From Pecten maximus (lineage: Eukaryota), in NCBI RefSeq assembly GCF_902652985.1, contig NC_047025.1:4774001-4838000 (forward strand): DNA of 64,000 nt. Direction: 5' to 3'. The translations under genes and the position numbers were made by a program. Of the stretch, positions 12,953 through 27,143 are shown piece by piece (the first letter of the stretch is position 1; each line of letters begins with the position of its first letter). The notes below the pieces were generated by a model that was given only the letters and a program-made list of their open reading frames with translations, did no database searches and was not told the DNA's origin.

Positions 12953-15900
12953 ATCCGTTTTAATGCAAATATTTCCTAATTTTCACAAATGTTATTTAAC
13001 CAATAAGCAAAGTCGGAATGACTGACCATGTCGCCGTTCCTATACCAAGATTTTGATGGCTGTCCAGCATACTGTTCCTGTACTAAGTCTCTGATTGGCT
13101 AGCTAGCATGCCGTTTCTGTACTAAGCTTCTGATTGGCTGGCAAGCATGTCACTCCTGTACTAAGCCTCTGTTCTCTTCTGTTCATTTTTGAAATTCTAA
13201 CTGGCGAACGGGCAGATGATATGTCAGAGTTTATCATTTTCGATTTTAATAGCCTTGGTATCCTCCTCTGTTAACTCGCTACAGCTTACTTGGCTAGTTC
13301 CCCTTGGTAGTGTCTGTAATCGTCAGCACTCTGACTCCTCATTGTGATTTTTTGCTGGGAAAAGACATAAATAGCTTTTGAAATTACTGTGCAACTTTGT
13401 GAGCAAACTCGAGCCCGGTCGTCAAATAATTAGTGAGGATGAAACCCAGTGGTATCATGCCCATGCTTTCCGATAATTGTTCATTCGGAAACCTCAGATT
13501 ACAAGGTACGCCCACTTGCTTTGGCTGTGTGTATTTACAGCGGTACATATGCTGTTTAATCTACCTTCCTATCATCATTAGTGTGAGATGAGATCTATAA
13601 TTAGATGCTATTTTGTATCACTCTCAATCGAAAACTAAAACCAATCTGAGGCTTTCCGAGATTTGTTCACTCGGAAACCTTAGACAGATTAAAAGGTACG
13701 CCCATCAGAAACTGCAGTAAGTATTGTAATATATACATTCATATCTTCTGTTTAAACTATTTTGTTAACGATTTCTAAACGCAGTGGATCTTCTTGATGG
13801 AATCATCAATGTAAAATGTCTTCCGTGCAGTGTAAAAACCGATTATTACTGGACTGGCCACCAAACATATCCTTTGGACCAAGGTCTGATACTGAACCCA
13901 CAATAGCAATGACTAATACTGAACTGACAGTTGGACTGCCTTATATGTACTAACAATCGCCTGCCTTATACTATACCCACAATCGCCTGCCTTATACTAT
14001 ACCCACAATCGGCCTGCCTTATACTGTACCCTCAATCTGACTGCCTGATACTAAACCCGTAACCTGACTGCCTTATACTGTACTCACAATCGCATGTCTT
14101 ATACTGTACCCAGAATCGGCCTGCCTTATACTGTACCCACAATCGCCTGCCTTATACTGTACCCACAATCGCCTGTCTTATACTGTACCCACAATCGCCT
14201 GCCTTATACTGTACCCACAATCGCCTACCTTATACTGTACCCACAATCGCCTGCCTTATACTGTACCCACAATCGCCTGCCTTATACTGTACCCACAATC
14301 GCCTGCCTTATACTGTACACACAATCGCCTGCCTTATACTGTACCCACAATCGCCTGCCTTATACTAAACCCACAATCGCCTGCCTTATACTAAACCCAC
14401 AATCGCCTGCCTTATAATCTACCCACAATCGCCTGCCTTATAATGTACCAACAATCGCCTGCCTTATACTGTACCAACAATTGCCTGAATTATACTATAC
14501 CCACAATCGCATGCCTTATACTGTACCCACAATCGCCTGCCTTATACTATACCCACAATCGCATGTCTTATACTGTACCAACAATCGCCTACCTTATACT
14601 GTACCCACAATCGCCTGCCTTATACTATACCCACAATCGCATGCCTTATACTGTACCCACAATCGCCTACCTTATACTATACCCACAATCGCATGCCTTA
14701 TACTGTACCCACAATCGCCTACCTTATACTATACCCACAATCGCCTGCCTTATACTGTACCCACAATCGCCTGCCTTATACTAAACCCACAATCGCCTGC
14801 CTTATACTAAACCCACAATCGCCTGCCTTATACTATACCCACAATCGCCTGCCTTATAATGTACCAACAATCGCCTGCCTTATACTGTACCAACAATTGC
14901 CTGAATTATACTATACCCACAATCGTTGTAAAACATTACGACAATCTATTTTCACATTACTATTCATATTTAGTAAAACCAGTTGTATCTAGATTTTCAT
15001 TATACTAAACAAACTTGTTTCCCTGAAAAAAACAGCCCACTAAGAGACTTAAACTAAAACGTTGGATACATTGTTATGGTGACTTCAAGTAAGGTACAGG
15101 GTATCCCAGTGTCCATGTACAACAGGATCCGTTTTAATGCAAATATTTCCTAATTTACACAAATGTTATTTGACCAATAAGCAAAGTCGGAATGACTGAC
15201 CATGTTGCCGTTTCTATACCAAGATTTTGATGGCTGTCCAGCATACCGTTCCTGTACCAAGTCTCTGATTGGTTAGCTATCATGCCGTTTCTGTATTAAG
15301 CTTCTGATTGGCTGGCGAGCATGTCGCTCCTGTATACTAAGCCTCTGATTAGCTAGCAAGCATGCTATTCCTGTACTAAGCTTTGGATTGGCTGGCTAGC
15401 ATGCTGTTCCTGAACCAAGCTTCTGATTGGCTGTCTAGCAAGTCTTCTGTTCTCTTCTGTTCATTTTTGAAATTCTAACTGGCGAACGGGCAGATGATAT
15501 GTCAGAGTTTATCATTTTCGATTTTACTAGCCTTGTTATCCTCCTCTGTTAACTCGCTACAGCTTACTTGGCTAGTTCCCCTTGGTAGTGTCTGTAATCG
15601 TCAGCACTCTGACTCCTCATTGTGATTTCTTGCTGGGAAAAGACATAAATAGCTTTTGAAATTACTGTGCAACTTTGTGAGCAAACTCGAGCCCGGTCGT
15701 CAAATAATTAGTGAGGATGAAACCCAGTGGTATCATGCCCATGCTTTCCGATAATTGTTCATTCGGAAACCTCAGATTACAAGGTACGCCCACTTGCTTT
15801 GGCTGTGTGTATTTACAGCGGTACATATACTGTTTAATCTACCTTCCTATCATCATTAGTGTGAGATGAGATCTATAATTAGATGCTATTTTGTATCACT

Positions 15901-18900
15901 CTCAATCGAAAACTAAAACCAATCTGAGGCTTTCCGAGATTTGTTCACTCGGAAACCTTAGACAGATTAAAAGGTACGCCCATCAGAAACTGCAGTAAGT
16001 ATTGTAATATATACATTCATATCTTCTGTTTAAACTATTTTGTTAACGATTTCTAAACGCAGTGGATCTTCTTGATGGAATCATCAATGTAAAATGTCTT
16101 CCGTGCAGTGTAAAAACCGATTATTACTGGACTGGCCACCAAACATATCCTTTGGACCAAGGTCTGATACTGAACCCACAATAGCAATGACTAATACTGA
16201 ACTGACAGTTGGACTGCCTTATATGTACTAACAATCGCCTGCCTTATACTATACCCACAATCGCCTGCCTTATACTGTACCCACAATCTGACTGCCTTAT
16301 ACTGTACTCACAATCGCATGTCTTATACTGTACCCAGAATCGGCCTGCCTTATACTGTACCCACAATCGCCTGCCTTATACTGTACCCACAATCGCCTGT
16401 CTTATACTGTACCCACAATCGCCTGCCTTATACTGTACCCACAATCGCCTGCCTTATACTGTACCCACAATCGCCTGCCTTATACTGTACCCACAATCGC
16501 CTGCCTTATACTGTACCCACAATCGCCTGCCTTATACTGTACCCACAATCGCCTGCCTTATACTGTACCCACAATCGCCTGCCTTATACTGTACCCACAA
16601 TCGCCTGCCTTATACTGTACCCACAATCGCCTACCTTATACTGTACCCACAATCGCCTGCCTTATACTGTACCCACAATCGCCTGCCTTATACTGTACAC
16701 ACAATCGCCTGCCTTATACTGTACACACAATCGCCTGCCTTATACTGTACACACAATCGCCTGCCTTATACTAAACCCACAATCGCCTGCCTTATACTAA
16801 ACCCACAATCGCCTGCCTTATACTGTACCCACAATCGCCTGCCTTATAATGTACCAACAATCGCCTGCCTTATACTGTACCAACAATTGCCTGAATTATA
16901 CTATACCCACAATCGTTGTAAAACATTACGACAATCTATTTTCACATTACTGTTCATATTTAGTAAAACCTGTTGTATCTAGATTTTCATTATACTAAAC
17001 AAACTTGTTTCCCTGAAAAAAAACAGCCCACTAAGAGACTTAAACTAAAACGTTGGATACATTGTTATGGTGACTTCAAGTAAGGTACAGGGTATCCCAG
17101 TGTCCATGTACAACAGGATCCGTTTTAATGCAAATATTTCCTAATTTGCACAAATGTTATTTGACCAATAAGCAAAGTCGGAATGACTGACCATGTTGCC
17201 GTTTCTATACCAAGATTTTGATGGCTGTCCAGCATACCGTTCCTGTACCAAGTCTCTGATTGGTTAGCTATCATGCCGTTTCTGTATTAAGCTTCTGATT
17301 GGCTGGCGAGCATGTCGCTCCTGTATACTAAGCCTCTGATTAGCTAGCAAGCATGCTATTCCTGTACTAAGCTTTGGATTGGCTGGCTAGCATGCTGTTC
17401 CTGAACCAAGCTTCTGATTGGCTGTCTAGCAAGTCTTCTGTTCTCTTCTGTTCATTTTTGAAATTCTAACTGGCGAACGGGCAGAATATATGTCAGAGTT
17501 TATCATTTTCGATTTTACTAGCCTTGGTATCCTCCTCTGTTAACTCGCTACAGCTTACTTGGCTAGTTCCCCTTGGTAGTGTCTGTAATCGTCAGCACTC
17601 TGACTCCTCATTGTGATTTTTTGCTGGGAAAAGACATAAATAGCTTTTGAAATTACTGTGCAACTTTGTGAGCAAACTCGAGCCCGGTCGTCAAATAATT
17701 AGTGAGGATGAAACCCAGTGGTATCATGCCCATGCTTTCCGATAATTGTTCATTCGGAAACCTCAGATTACAAGGTACGCCCACTTGCTTTGGCTGTGTG
17801 TATTTACAGCGGTACATATGCTGTTTAATCTACCTTCCTATCATCATTAGTGTGAGATGAGATCTATAATTAGATGCTATTTTGTATCACTCTCAATCGA
17901 AAACTAAAACCAATCTGAGGCTTTCCGAGATTTGTTCACTCGGAAACCTTAGACAGATTACAAGGTACGCCCATCAGAAACTGCAGTAAGTATTGTAATA
18001 TATACATTCATATCTTCTGTTTAAACTATTTTGTTAACGATTTCTAAACGCAGTGGATCTTCTTGATGGAATCATCAATGTAAAATGTCTTCCGTGCAGT
18101 GTAAAAACCGATTATTACTGGACTGGCCACCAAACATATCCTTTGGACCAAGGTCTGATACTGAACCCACAATAGCAATGACTAATACTGAACTGACAGT
18201 TGGACTGCCTTATATGTACTAACAATCGCCTGCCTTATACTATACCCACAATCGCCTGCCTTATACTGTACCCACAATCTGACTGCCTTATACTGTACTC
18301 ACAATCGCATGTCTTATACTGTACCCAGAATCGGCCTGCCTTATACTGTACCCACAATCGCCTGCCTTATACTGTACTCACAATCGCCTGTCTTATACTG
18401 TACCCACAATCGCCTGCCTTATACTGTACCCACAATCGCCTGCCTTATACTGTACCCACAATCGCCTGCCTTATACTGTACCCACAATCGCCTGCCTTAT
18501 ACTGTACCCACAATCGCCTGCCTTATACTGTACCCACAATCGCCTGCCTTATACTGTACCCACAATCGCCTGCCTTATACTGTACCCACAATCGCCTGCC
18601 TTATACTGTACACACAATCGCCTGCCTTATACTGTACACACAATCGCCTGCCTTATACTGTACACACAATCGCCTGCCTTATACTAAACCCACAATCGCC
18701 TGCCTTATACTAAACCCACAATCGCCTGCCTTATACTATACCCACAATCGCCTGCCTTATAATGTACCAACAATCGCCTGCCTTATACTGTACCAACAAT
18801 TGCCTGAATTATACTATACCCACAATCGTTGTAAAACATTACGACAATCTATTTTCACATTACTGTTCATATTTAGTAAAACCAGTTGTATCTAGATTTT

Positions 18901-21900
18901 CATTATACTAAACAAACTTGTTTCCCTGAAAAAAACAGCCCACTAAGAGACTTAAACTAAAACGTTGGATACATTGTTATGGTGACTTCAAGTAAGGTAC
19001 AGGGTATCCCAGTGTCCATGTACAACAGGATCCGTTTTAATGCAAATATTTCCTAATTTACACAAATGTTATTTGACCAATAAGCAAAGTCGGAATGACT
19101 GACCATGTTGCCGTTTCTATACCAAGATTTTGATGGCTGTCCAGCATACCGTTCCTGTACCAAGTCTCTGATTGGTTAGCTATCATGCCGTTTCTGTATT
19201 AAGCTTCTGATTGGCTGGCGAGCATGTCGCTCCTGTATACTAAGCCTCTGATTAGCTAGCAAGCATGCTATTCCTGTACTAAGCTTTGGATTGGCTGGCT
19301 AGCATGCTGTTCCTGAACCAAGCTTCTGATTGGCTGTCTAGCAAGTCTTCTGTTCTCTTCTGTTCATTTTTGAAATTCTAACTGGCGAACGGGCAGATGA
19401 TATGTCAGAGTTTATCATTTTCGATTTTACTAGCCTTGGTATCCTCCTCTGTTAACTCGCTACAGCTTACTTGGCTAGTTCCCCTTGGTAGTGTCTGTAA
19501 TCGTCAGCACTCTGACTCCTCATTGTGATTTTTTGCTGGGAAAAGACATAAATAGCTTTTGAAATTACTGTGCAACTTTGTGAGCAAACTCGAGCCCGGT
19601 CGTCAAATAATTAGTGAGGATGAAACCCAGTGGTATCATGCCCATGCTTTCCGATAATTGTTCATTCGGAAACCTCAGATTACAAGGTACGCCCACTTGC
19701 TTTGGCTGTGTGTATTTACAGCGGTACATATGCTGTTTAATCTACCTTCCTATCATCATTAGTGTGAGATGAGAGCTATAATTAGATGCTATTTTGTATC
19801 ACTCTCAATCGAAACTAAAACCAATCTGAGGCTTTCCGAGATTTGTTCACTCGGAAACCTTAGACAGATTACAAGGTACGCCCATCAGAAACTGCAGTAA
19901 GTATTGTAATATATACATTCATATCTTCTGTTCAAACTATTTTGTTAACGATTTCTAAACGCAGTGGATCTTCTTGATCTAACCAGCAATGTAAAATGTT
20001 TTCCGTGCAGTGTAAAAACCGATTATTACTGGACTGGCCACCAAACATATCCTTTGGACCAAGGTCTAATACTGAACCCACAATAGCAATGACTAATACT
20101 GAACTGACAGTTGGACTGCCTTATATGTACTAACAATCGCCTGCCTTATACTATACCCACAATCGCCTGCCTTATACTGTACCCACAATCTGACTGCCTT
20201 ATACTGTACTCACAATCGCATGTCTTATACTGTACCCAGAATCGGCCTGCCTTATACTGTACCCACAATCGCCTGCCTTATACTGTACTCACAATCGCCT
20301 GTCTTATACTGTACCCACAATCGCCTGCCTTATACTGTACCCACAATCGCCTGCCTTATACTGTACCCACAATCGCCTGCCTTATACTATACCCACAATC
20401 GCCTGCCTTATACTGTACCCACAATCGCCTGCCTTATACTGTACCCACAATCGCCTGCCTTATACTGTACCCACAATCGCCTGCCTTATACTGTACCCAC
20501 AATCGCCTGCCTTATACTGTACCCACAATCGCCTACCTTATACTGTACCCACAATCGCCTGCCTTATACTGTACCCACAATCGCCTGCCTTATACTGTAC
20601 ACACAATCGCCTGCCTTATACTGTACACACAATCGCCTGCCTTATACTGTACACACAATCGCCTGCCTTATACTAAACCCACAATCGCCTGCCTTATACT
20701 AAACCCACAATCGCCTGCCTTATACTGTACCCACAATCGCCTGCCTTATAATGTACCAACAATCGCCTGCCTTATACTGTACCAACAATTGCCTGAATTA
20801 TACTATACCCACAATCGTTGTAAAACATTACGACAATCTATTTTCACATTACTGTTCATATTTAGTAAAACCTGTTGTATCTAGATTTTCATTATACTAA
20901 ACAAACTTGTTTCCCTGAAAAAAAACAGCCCACTAAGAGACTTAAACTAAAACGTTGGATACATTGTTATGGTGACTTCAAGTAAGGTACAGGGTATCCC
21001 AGTGTCCATGTACAACAGGATCCGTTTTAATGCAAATATTTCCTAATTTGCACAAATGTTATTTGACCAATAAGCAAAGTCGGAATGACTGACCATGTTG
21101 CCGTTTCTATACCAAGATTTTGATGGCTGTCCAGCATACCGTTCCTGTACCAAGTCTCTGATTGGTTAGCTATCATGCCGTTTCTGTATTAAGCTTCTGA
21201 TTGGCTGGCGAGCATGTCGCTCCTGTATACTAAGCCTCTGATTAGCTAGCAAGCATGCTATTCCTGTACTAAGCTTTGGATTGGCTGGCTAGCATGCTGT
21301 TCCTGAACCAAGCTTCTGATTGGCTGTCTAGCAAGTCTTCTGTTCTCTTCTGTTCATTTTTGAAATTCTAACTGGCGAACGGGCAGATGATATGTCAGAG
21401 TTTATCACTTTCGATTTTACTAGCCTTGGTATCCTCCTCTGTTAACTCGCTACAGCTTACTTGGCTAGTTCCCCTTGGTAGTGTCTGTAATCGTCAGCAC
21501 TCTGACTCCTCATTGTGATTTTTTGCTGGGAAAAGACATAAATAGCTTTTGAAATTACTGTGCAACTTTGTGAGCAAACTCGAGCCCGGTCGTCAAATAA
21601 TTAGTGAGGATGAAACCCAGTGGTATCATGCCCATGCTTTCCGATAATTGTTCATTCGGAAACCTCAGATTACAAGGTACGCCCATTTGCTTTGGCTGTG
21701 TGTATTTACAGCGGTACATATGCTGTTTAATCTACCTTCCTATCATCATTAGTGTGAGATGAGATCTATAATTAGATGCTATTTTGTATCACTCTCAATC
21801 GAAAACTAAAACCAATCTGAGGCTTTCCGAGATTTGTTCACTCGAAAACCTTAGACAGATTACAAGGTACGCCCATCAGAAACTGCAGTAAGTATTGTAA

Positions 21901-24900
21901 TATATACATTCATATCTTCTGTTTAAACTATTTTGTTAACGATTTCTAAACGCAGTGGATCTTCTTGATGGAATCATCAATGTAAAATGTCTTCCGTGCA
22001 GTGTAAAAACCGATTATTACTGGACTGGCCACCAAACATATCCTTTGGACCAAGGTCTGATACTGAACCCACAATAGCAATGACTAATACTGAACTGACA
22101 GTTGGACTGCCTTATATGTACTAACAATCGCCTGCCTTATACTATACCCACAATCGCCTGCCTTATACTGTACCCACAATCTGACTGCCTTATACTGTAC
22201 TCACAATCGCATGTCTTATACTGTACCCAGAATCGGCCTGCCTTATACTGTACCCACAATCGCCTGCCTTATACTGTACTCACAATCGCCTGTCTTATAC
22301 TGTACCCACAATCGCCTGCCTTATACTGTACCCACAATCGCCTGCCTTATACTGTACCCACAATCGCCTGCCTTATACTGTACCCACAATCGCCTGCCTT
22401 ATACTGTACCCACAATCGCCTGCCTTATACTGTACCCACAATCGCCTGCCTTATACTGTACACACAATCGCCTGCCTTATACTGTACACACAATCGCCTG
22501 CCTTATACTGTACACACAATCGCCTGCCTGATACTGTACACACAATCGCCTGCCTTATACTAAACCCACAATCGCCTGCCTTATACTGTACCCACAATCG
22601 CCTGCCTTATACTGTACCCACAATCGCCTGTCTTATACTGTACCCACAATCGCCTGCCTTATACTGTACCCACAATCGCCTACCTTATACTGTACCCACA
22701 ATCGCCTGCCTTATACTGTACCCACAATCGCCTGCCTTATACTGTACACACAATCGCCTGCCTTATACTGTACACACAATCGCCTGCCTTATACTGTACC
22801 CACAATCGCCTGCCTTATACTAAATCCACAATCGCCTGCCTTATACTAAACCCACAATCGCCTGCCTTATACTCTACCCACAATCGCCTGCCTTATAATG
22901 TACCAACAATCGCCTGCCTTATACTGTACCAATAATTGCCTGAATTATACTATACCCACAATCGCATGCCTTATACTGTACCCACAATCGCCTGCCTTAT
23001 ACTATACCCACAATCGCATGTCTTATACTGTACCAACAATCGCCTACCTTATACTGTACCCACAATCGCCTGCCTTATACTATACCCACAATCGCATGCC
23101 TTATACTGTACCCACAATCGCCTACCTTATACTTTACCCACAATCGCATGCCTTATACTGTACCCACAATCGCCTACCTTATACTATACCCACAATCGCC
23201 TGCCTTATACTGTACCCACAATCGCCTGCCTTATACTAAACCCACAATCGCCTGCCTTATACTAAACCCACAATCGCCTGCCTTATACTGTACCCACAAT
23301 CGCCTGCCTTATAATGTACCAACAATCGCCTGCCTTATACTGTACCAACAATTGCCTGAATTATACTATACCCACAATCGCATGCCTTATACTGTACCCA
23401 CAATCGCCTGCCTTATACTATACCCACAATCGCATGTCTTATACTGTACCAACAATCGCCTACCTTATACTGTACCCACAATCGCCTGCCTTATACTATA
23501 CCCACAATCGCCTACCTTATACTATACCCATAATCGCCTACCTTATACTATACCCACAATCGCATGCCTTATACTGTACCCACAATCGCCTACCTTATAC
23601 TATACCCACAATCGCATGCCTTATACTGTACCCACAATCGCCTACCTTATACTATACCCACAATCGCCTGCCTTATACTGTACCAACAATTGCCTGAATT
23701 ATACTATAACCACAATCGCATGCCTTATACTGTACCCACAATCGCCTGCCTTATACTATACCCACAATCGCATGTCTTATACTGTACCAACAATCGCCTA
23801 CCTTATACTGTACCCACAATCGCCTGCCTTATACTATACCCACAATCGCCTACCTTATACTGTACCCACAATCGCCTGCCTTATACTATACCCACAATCG
23901 CCTGTCTTATACTGTACCAACAATCGCTGCCTTATACTGTACCCACAATCGCATGCCTTATACTATACCCACAATCGCCTGCCTTATACTATACCCACAA
24001 TCGCCTGTCTTAAACTATACCCACAATCGCATGTCTTATACTGTACCAACAATCTCCTGAATTATACTGTACCAACAATCGCCTGTCTTATACTGTACCA
24101 ACAATCGCTGCCTTATACTGTACCCACAATCGCATGCCTTATACTATACCCACAATCGCCTGCCTTATACTATACCCACAATCGCCTGCCTTATACTATA
24201 CCCACAATCGCCTGTCTTATACTGTACCAACAATCGCTGCCTTATACTGTACCAACAATCGCTGCCTTATACTGTACCCACAATCGCCTGCCTTATACTA
24301 TACCCACAATCGCATGTCTTATACTGTACCAACAATCTCCTGAATTATACTGTACCCACAATCGCCTGTCTTATACTGTACACACAATCGCTGCCTTATA
24401 CTGTACCCACAATCGCCTGCCTTATACTATACCCACAATCGCATGTCTTATACTGTACCAACAATCTCCTGAATTATACTGTACCCACAATCGCCTGAAT
24501 TATACTGTACCCACAATCGCCTGTCTTATACTGTACCAACAATCGCTGCCTTATACTGTACCCACAATCGGCCTGCCTTATACTATACCCACAATCGCCT
24601 CCTTATACTGTACCAACAATCGCTGCCTTATACTGTACCCACAATCGCCTGCCTTATACTGTACCCACAATCGGCCTGCCTTATACTATACCCACAATCG
24701 CCTGTCTTATACTGTACCAACAATCGCCTGAATTATACTGTACCCACAATCGCCTGTCTTATACTGTACCCACAATCGCCTGTCTTATACTATACCCACA
24801 ATCGCCTGTATTATACATTTACCGTACCAGCAATCGCCTGTCGTATACTATACCCACAATCGCACGGCTTATACTGGACCTATAGTTCGACTGTCTTATA

Positions 24901-24990
24901 CGTACTAACAATCGCTAGCTGATACTATACCCTCAATCGGTGTGCCTTATACTGTTCCCACAATTTGATTGCCTTATTCTGTACCAATTA
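12953..24990. repeat. Five-copy ~2-kb composite macrosatellite (~1.0-1.3-kb non-minisatellite spacer plus 26-bp minisatellite block)
   Basis: Anchor ATCCGTTTTAATGCAAATATTTCC at 12953, 15127, 17118, 19030, 21020; spacers nearly identical. Confidence 0.97.
22100..24990. repeat. Longest block of the 26-bp minisatellite CCCACAATCGCCTGCCTTATACTGTA (other blocks ~13930-14925, 16210-16915, 18200-18828, 20110-20817)
   Basis: Direct periodicity, degenerating toward 24990. Confidence 0.97.
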
Positions 24991-25524
24991 TCGGCCTGTC
25001 CCAAAATGTTCTGGCTTATATTGTTCTTGATGAAGCCAAATACGCTCATGACAAGAACACGTTTTTCCTGATCATCACATGTATTGTTATGAATTCGATA
25101 GTGTTGATATGCTGATTGTGGACGTTGATCTGAGATAAAGATATTCTGATCGGCTGCTTTATTTCAGACTTTGGAATGACATGTAACAGTCTATCATTGA
25201 ACGTGTATACATGCACATGGTGGATGATTATTACTTAAAGGAGTATAGGAGTCTCGTTATCCAAAACTTATTTATACATTTGACGTCACATCTGCGTGAT
25301 CTATTGGGAGAAGATAGAGAGACCAGGATCACCTGTCCTGTAGATAGTTTAAAACAAATATCTGTAGGATCATTGCATTTATTTTTCATTATTCTCAAAT
25401 GTAGCGAGTGCGGTATATACATTGAATTGGTTTGACTATCAGGGTATCAAGATATGTGACAATCGTATGTCAATTAGTTAGGGTGACGATCTGATGTCAA
25501 CATGACAGGCTAAGTATGAGGTAC

Positions 25525-25665
25525 CGAGCCAAAACCAAAACTAAACCTGTAAAGGTGTAAAACTGGTTCCGCGAAAAAGTTCACTCGGAACTCTCCAGAT
25601 TTTACGCTTAAATGGTTAGATTGTCTGACCTGATATCGTGTCACCCAGACTAAACTGACTAGTTC
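25525..25665 (+). promoter_or_regulatory. Conserved upstream module, copy 1a (copy 1b at ~25910-26030)
   Basis: AAAACCAAAACTAAACC...TTCCGCGAA (TTCN3GAA, 25567-75)...GGAACTCTCC (25587-96); homologs upstream of paralogs 2 and 3 and at 60.3 kb. Confidence 0.55.
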
Positions 25666-27143
25666 GCTTTTGTTTACTGTTAAGAACCTACATGTAGTAT
25701 GAATTTAATACATTCATCCTGTAATGAGATAATTCAATTAGACTTAAAATCGAATATGTGTCATGACAGCAATATTGTTTTTTGATGAATTTCAAATCAT
25801 ACCTAATGTTAGAGGACATTTCGGAAAAACCACGACATGTCATTGATATTGTGGCAAAACGAAGTTTAACATATTGTAGACATTTAAAAAGATAGGACTA
25901 AATATAAAGGTACCAGACCAAAAGCAAAACTAAACCTGTACAGGTGTAAAACTGGTTCCGCAAAAAGGGTAAACTCGGAACTATCCAGATTTTACGTTCG
26001 TATGGTAAGACTGTCAGGCGTGATCAACCAGACTAGCCTTACTGGTTTTATACTACTAATATCCCTGTGTTTGACATCATATCATTGGCATGTACATTAT
26101 ATAGTCCCCTCGTAATAGGAATTCATTACCAATGTTGATGTTATATGTATCCGTTGTTGTTGGTACTACTATACATTAAAATCATTCCACGGAGATGAAC
26201 TCAGAGAATCACAACTTAAATGTAAAATAGTGTCACTCTCCGCTCTCACCACACCAGGGAAAATTGTTTTAATCATTGTTAAAGGCATTATGTATATAGA
26301 ATATAAGTATACGGGTATAGAAAGAGAAGAGAATGACACAGATATCCATATCTAAATATAGAGGAACATGATCATGTTAGGACTCTGTAAACGACAATGA
26401 CAAGTAATACTATTTATATTCTGAAAATAGGTTACTCATGGGTACAGCAAATATATTATTAAATCGGAAATAAACACAACGAACAAATAACTAACGAGAA
26501 TAGAATCATTTTAGAATGATTTACACAAACGATCAGGATGAATAAGATGTAAATAACATGATCTTCATGAAATATCTGGCTTTCGTAGAATTGACCATGA
26601 TAATTTAAGAGGAAAAGAATCTTCTGGTCAAATGAAAATGCGTCCATTCTGGAAGAACTGGTGATAGATGAGTCTTTCAATGTGTTTGACTTGATTGTGG
26701 GCGGGTTTTGACGGAGCGTTCTGGGTGTCCTTGATGTAGGTTCCATTTACTGTTTTAGTAGAGCGGTCGATTTCGATCTCCACGGGACCGTCTTCATGGG
26801 TGGCGATGTTTTGACGGTGTTTCGGTCTATGATGGGTGTCACACAAGGTCTGATAGTCAGATAGTAAACTGGTTTCTTACTGTGACGTTGAAGTTTGATG
26901 AAGCCGTGCCTGTGGTGGCTGATTTTTTTAGTCTATTGCGGCTCAACAATTCGAGGAACATTTGTTCAATTATGATAAGGAAGGAAAACTGGTCCTGCAG
27001 TATGACTGGTGAACAGACAGGCATGTCTTCCTGGTCCGTGTGTATGATGATTTTCGGAAAATTTCAGTTTAACCAAATACATTGAGTATTATCGTTAATC
27101 CCGATATAACAGAAGCACTGTTATTCTCTAGAAGGAACGACTC

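Noticed and set aside
14094-24731. Long ORFs such as the 527-aa LPYTVPTIACLILYPQSPALYCTHNR repeat
   Set aside because: Translations of a 26-bp unit with no plus-strand stops; all frames give the same peptide
1-24990. CRISPR-like or prokaryotic defence arrays
   Set aside because: Repeats are head-to-tail with no unique spacers, there are no cas genes, and the context is spliced eukaryotic DNA
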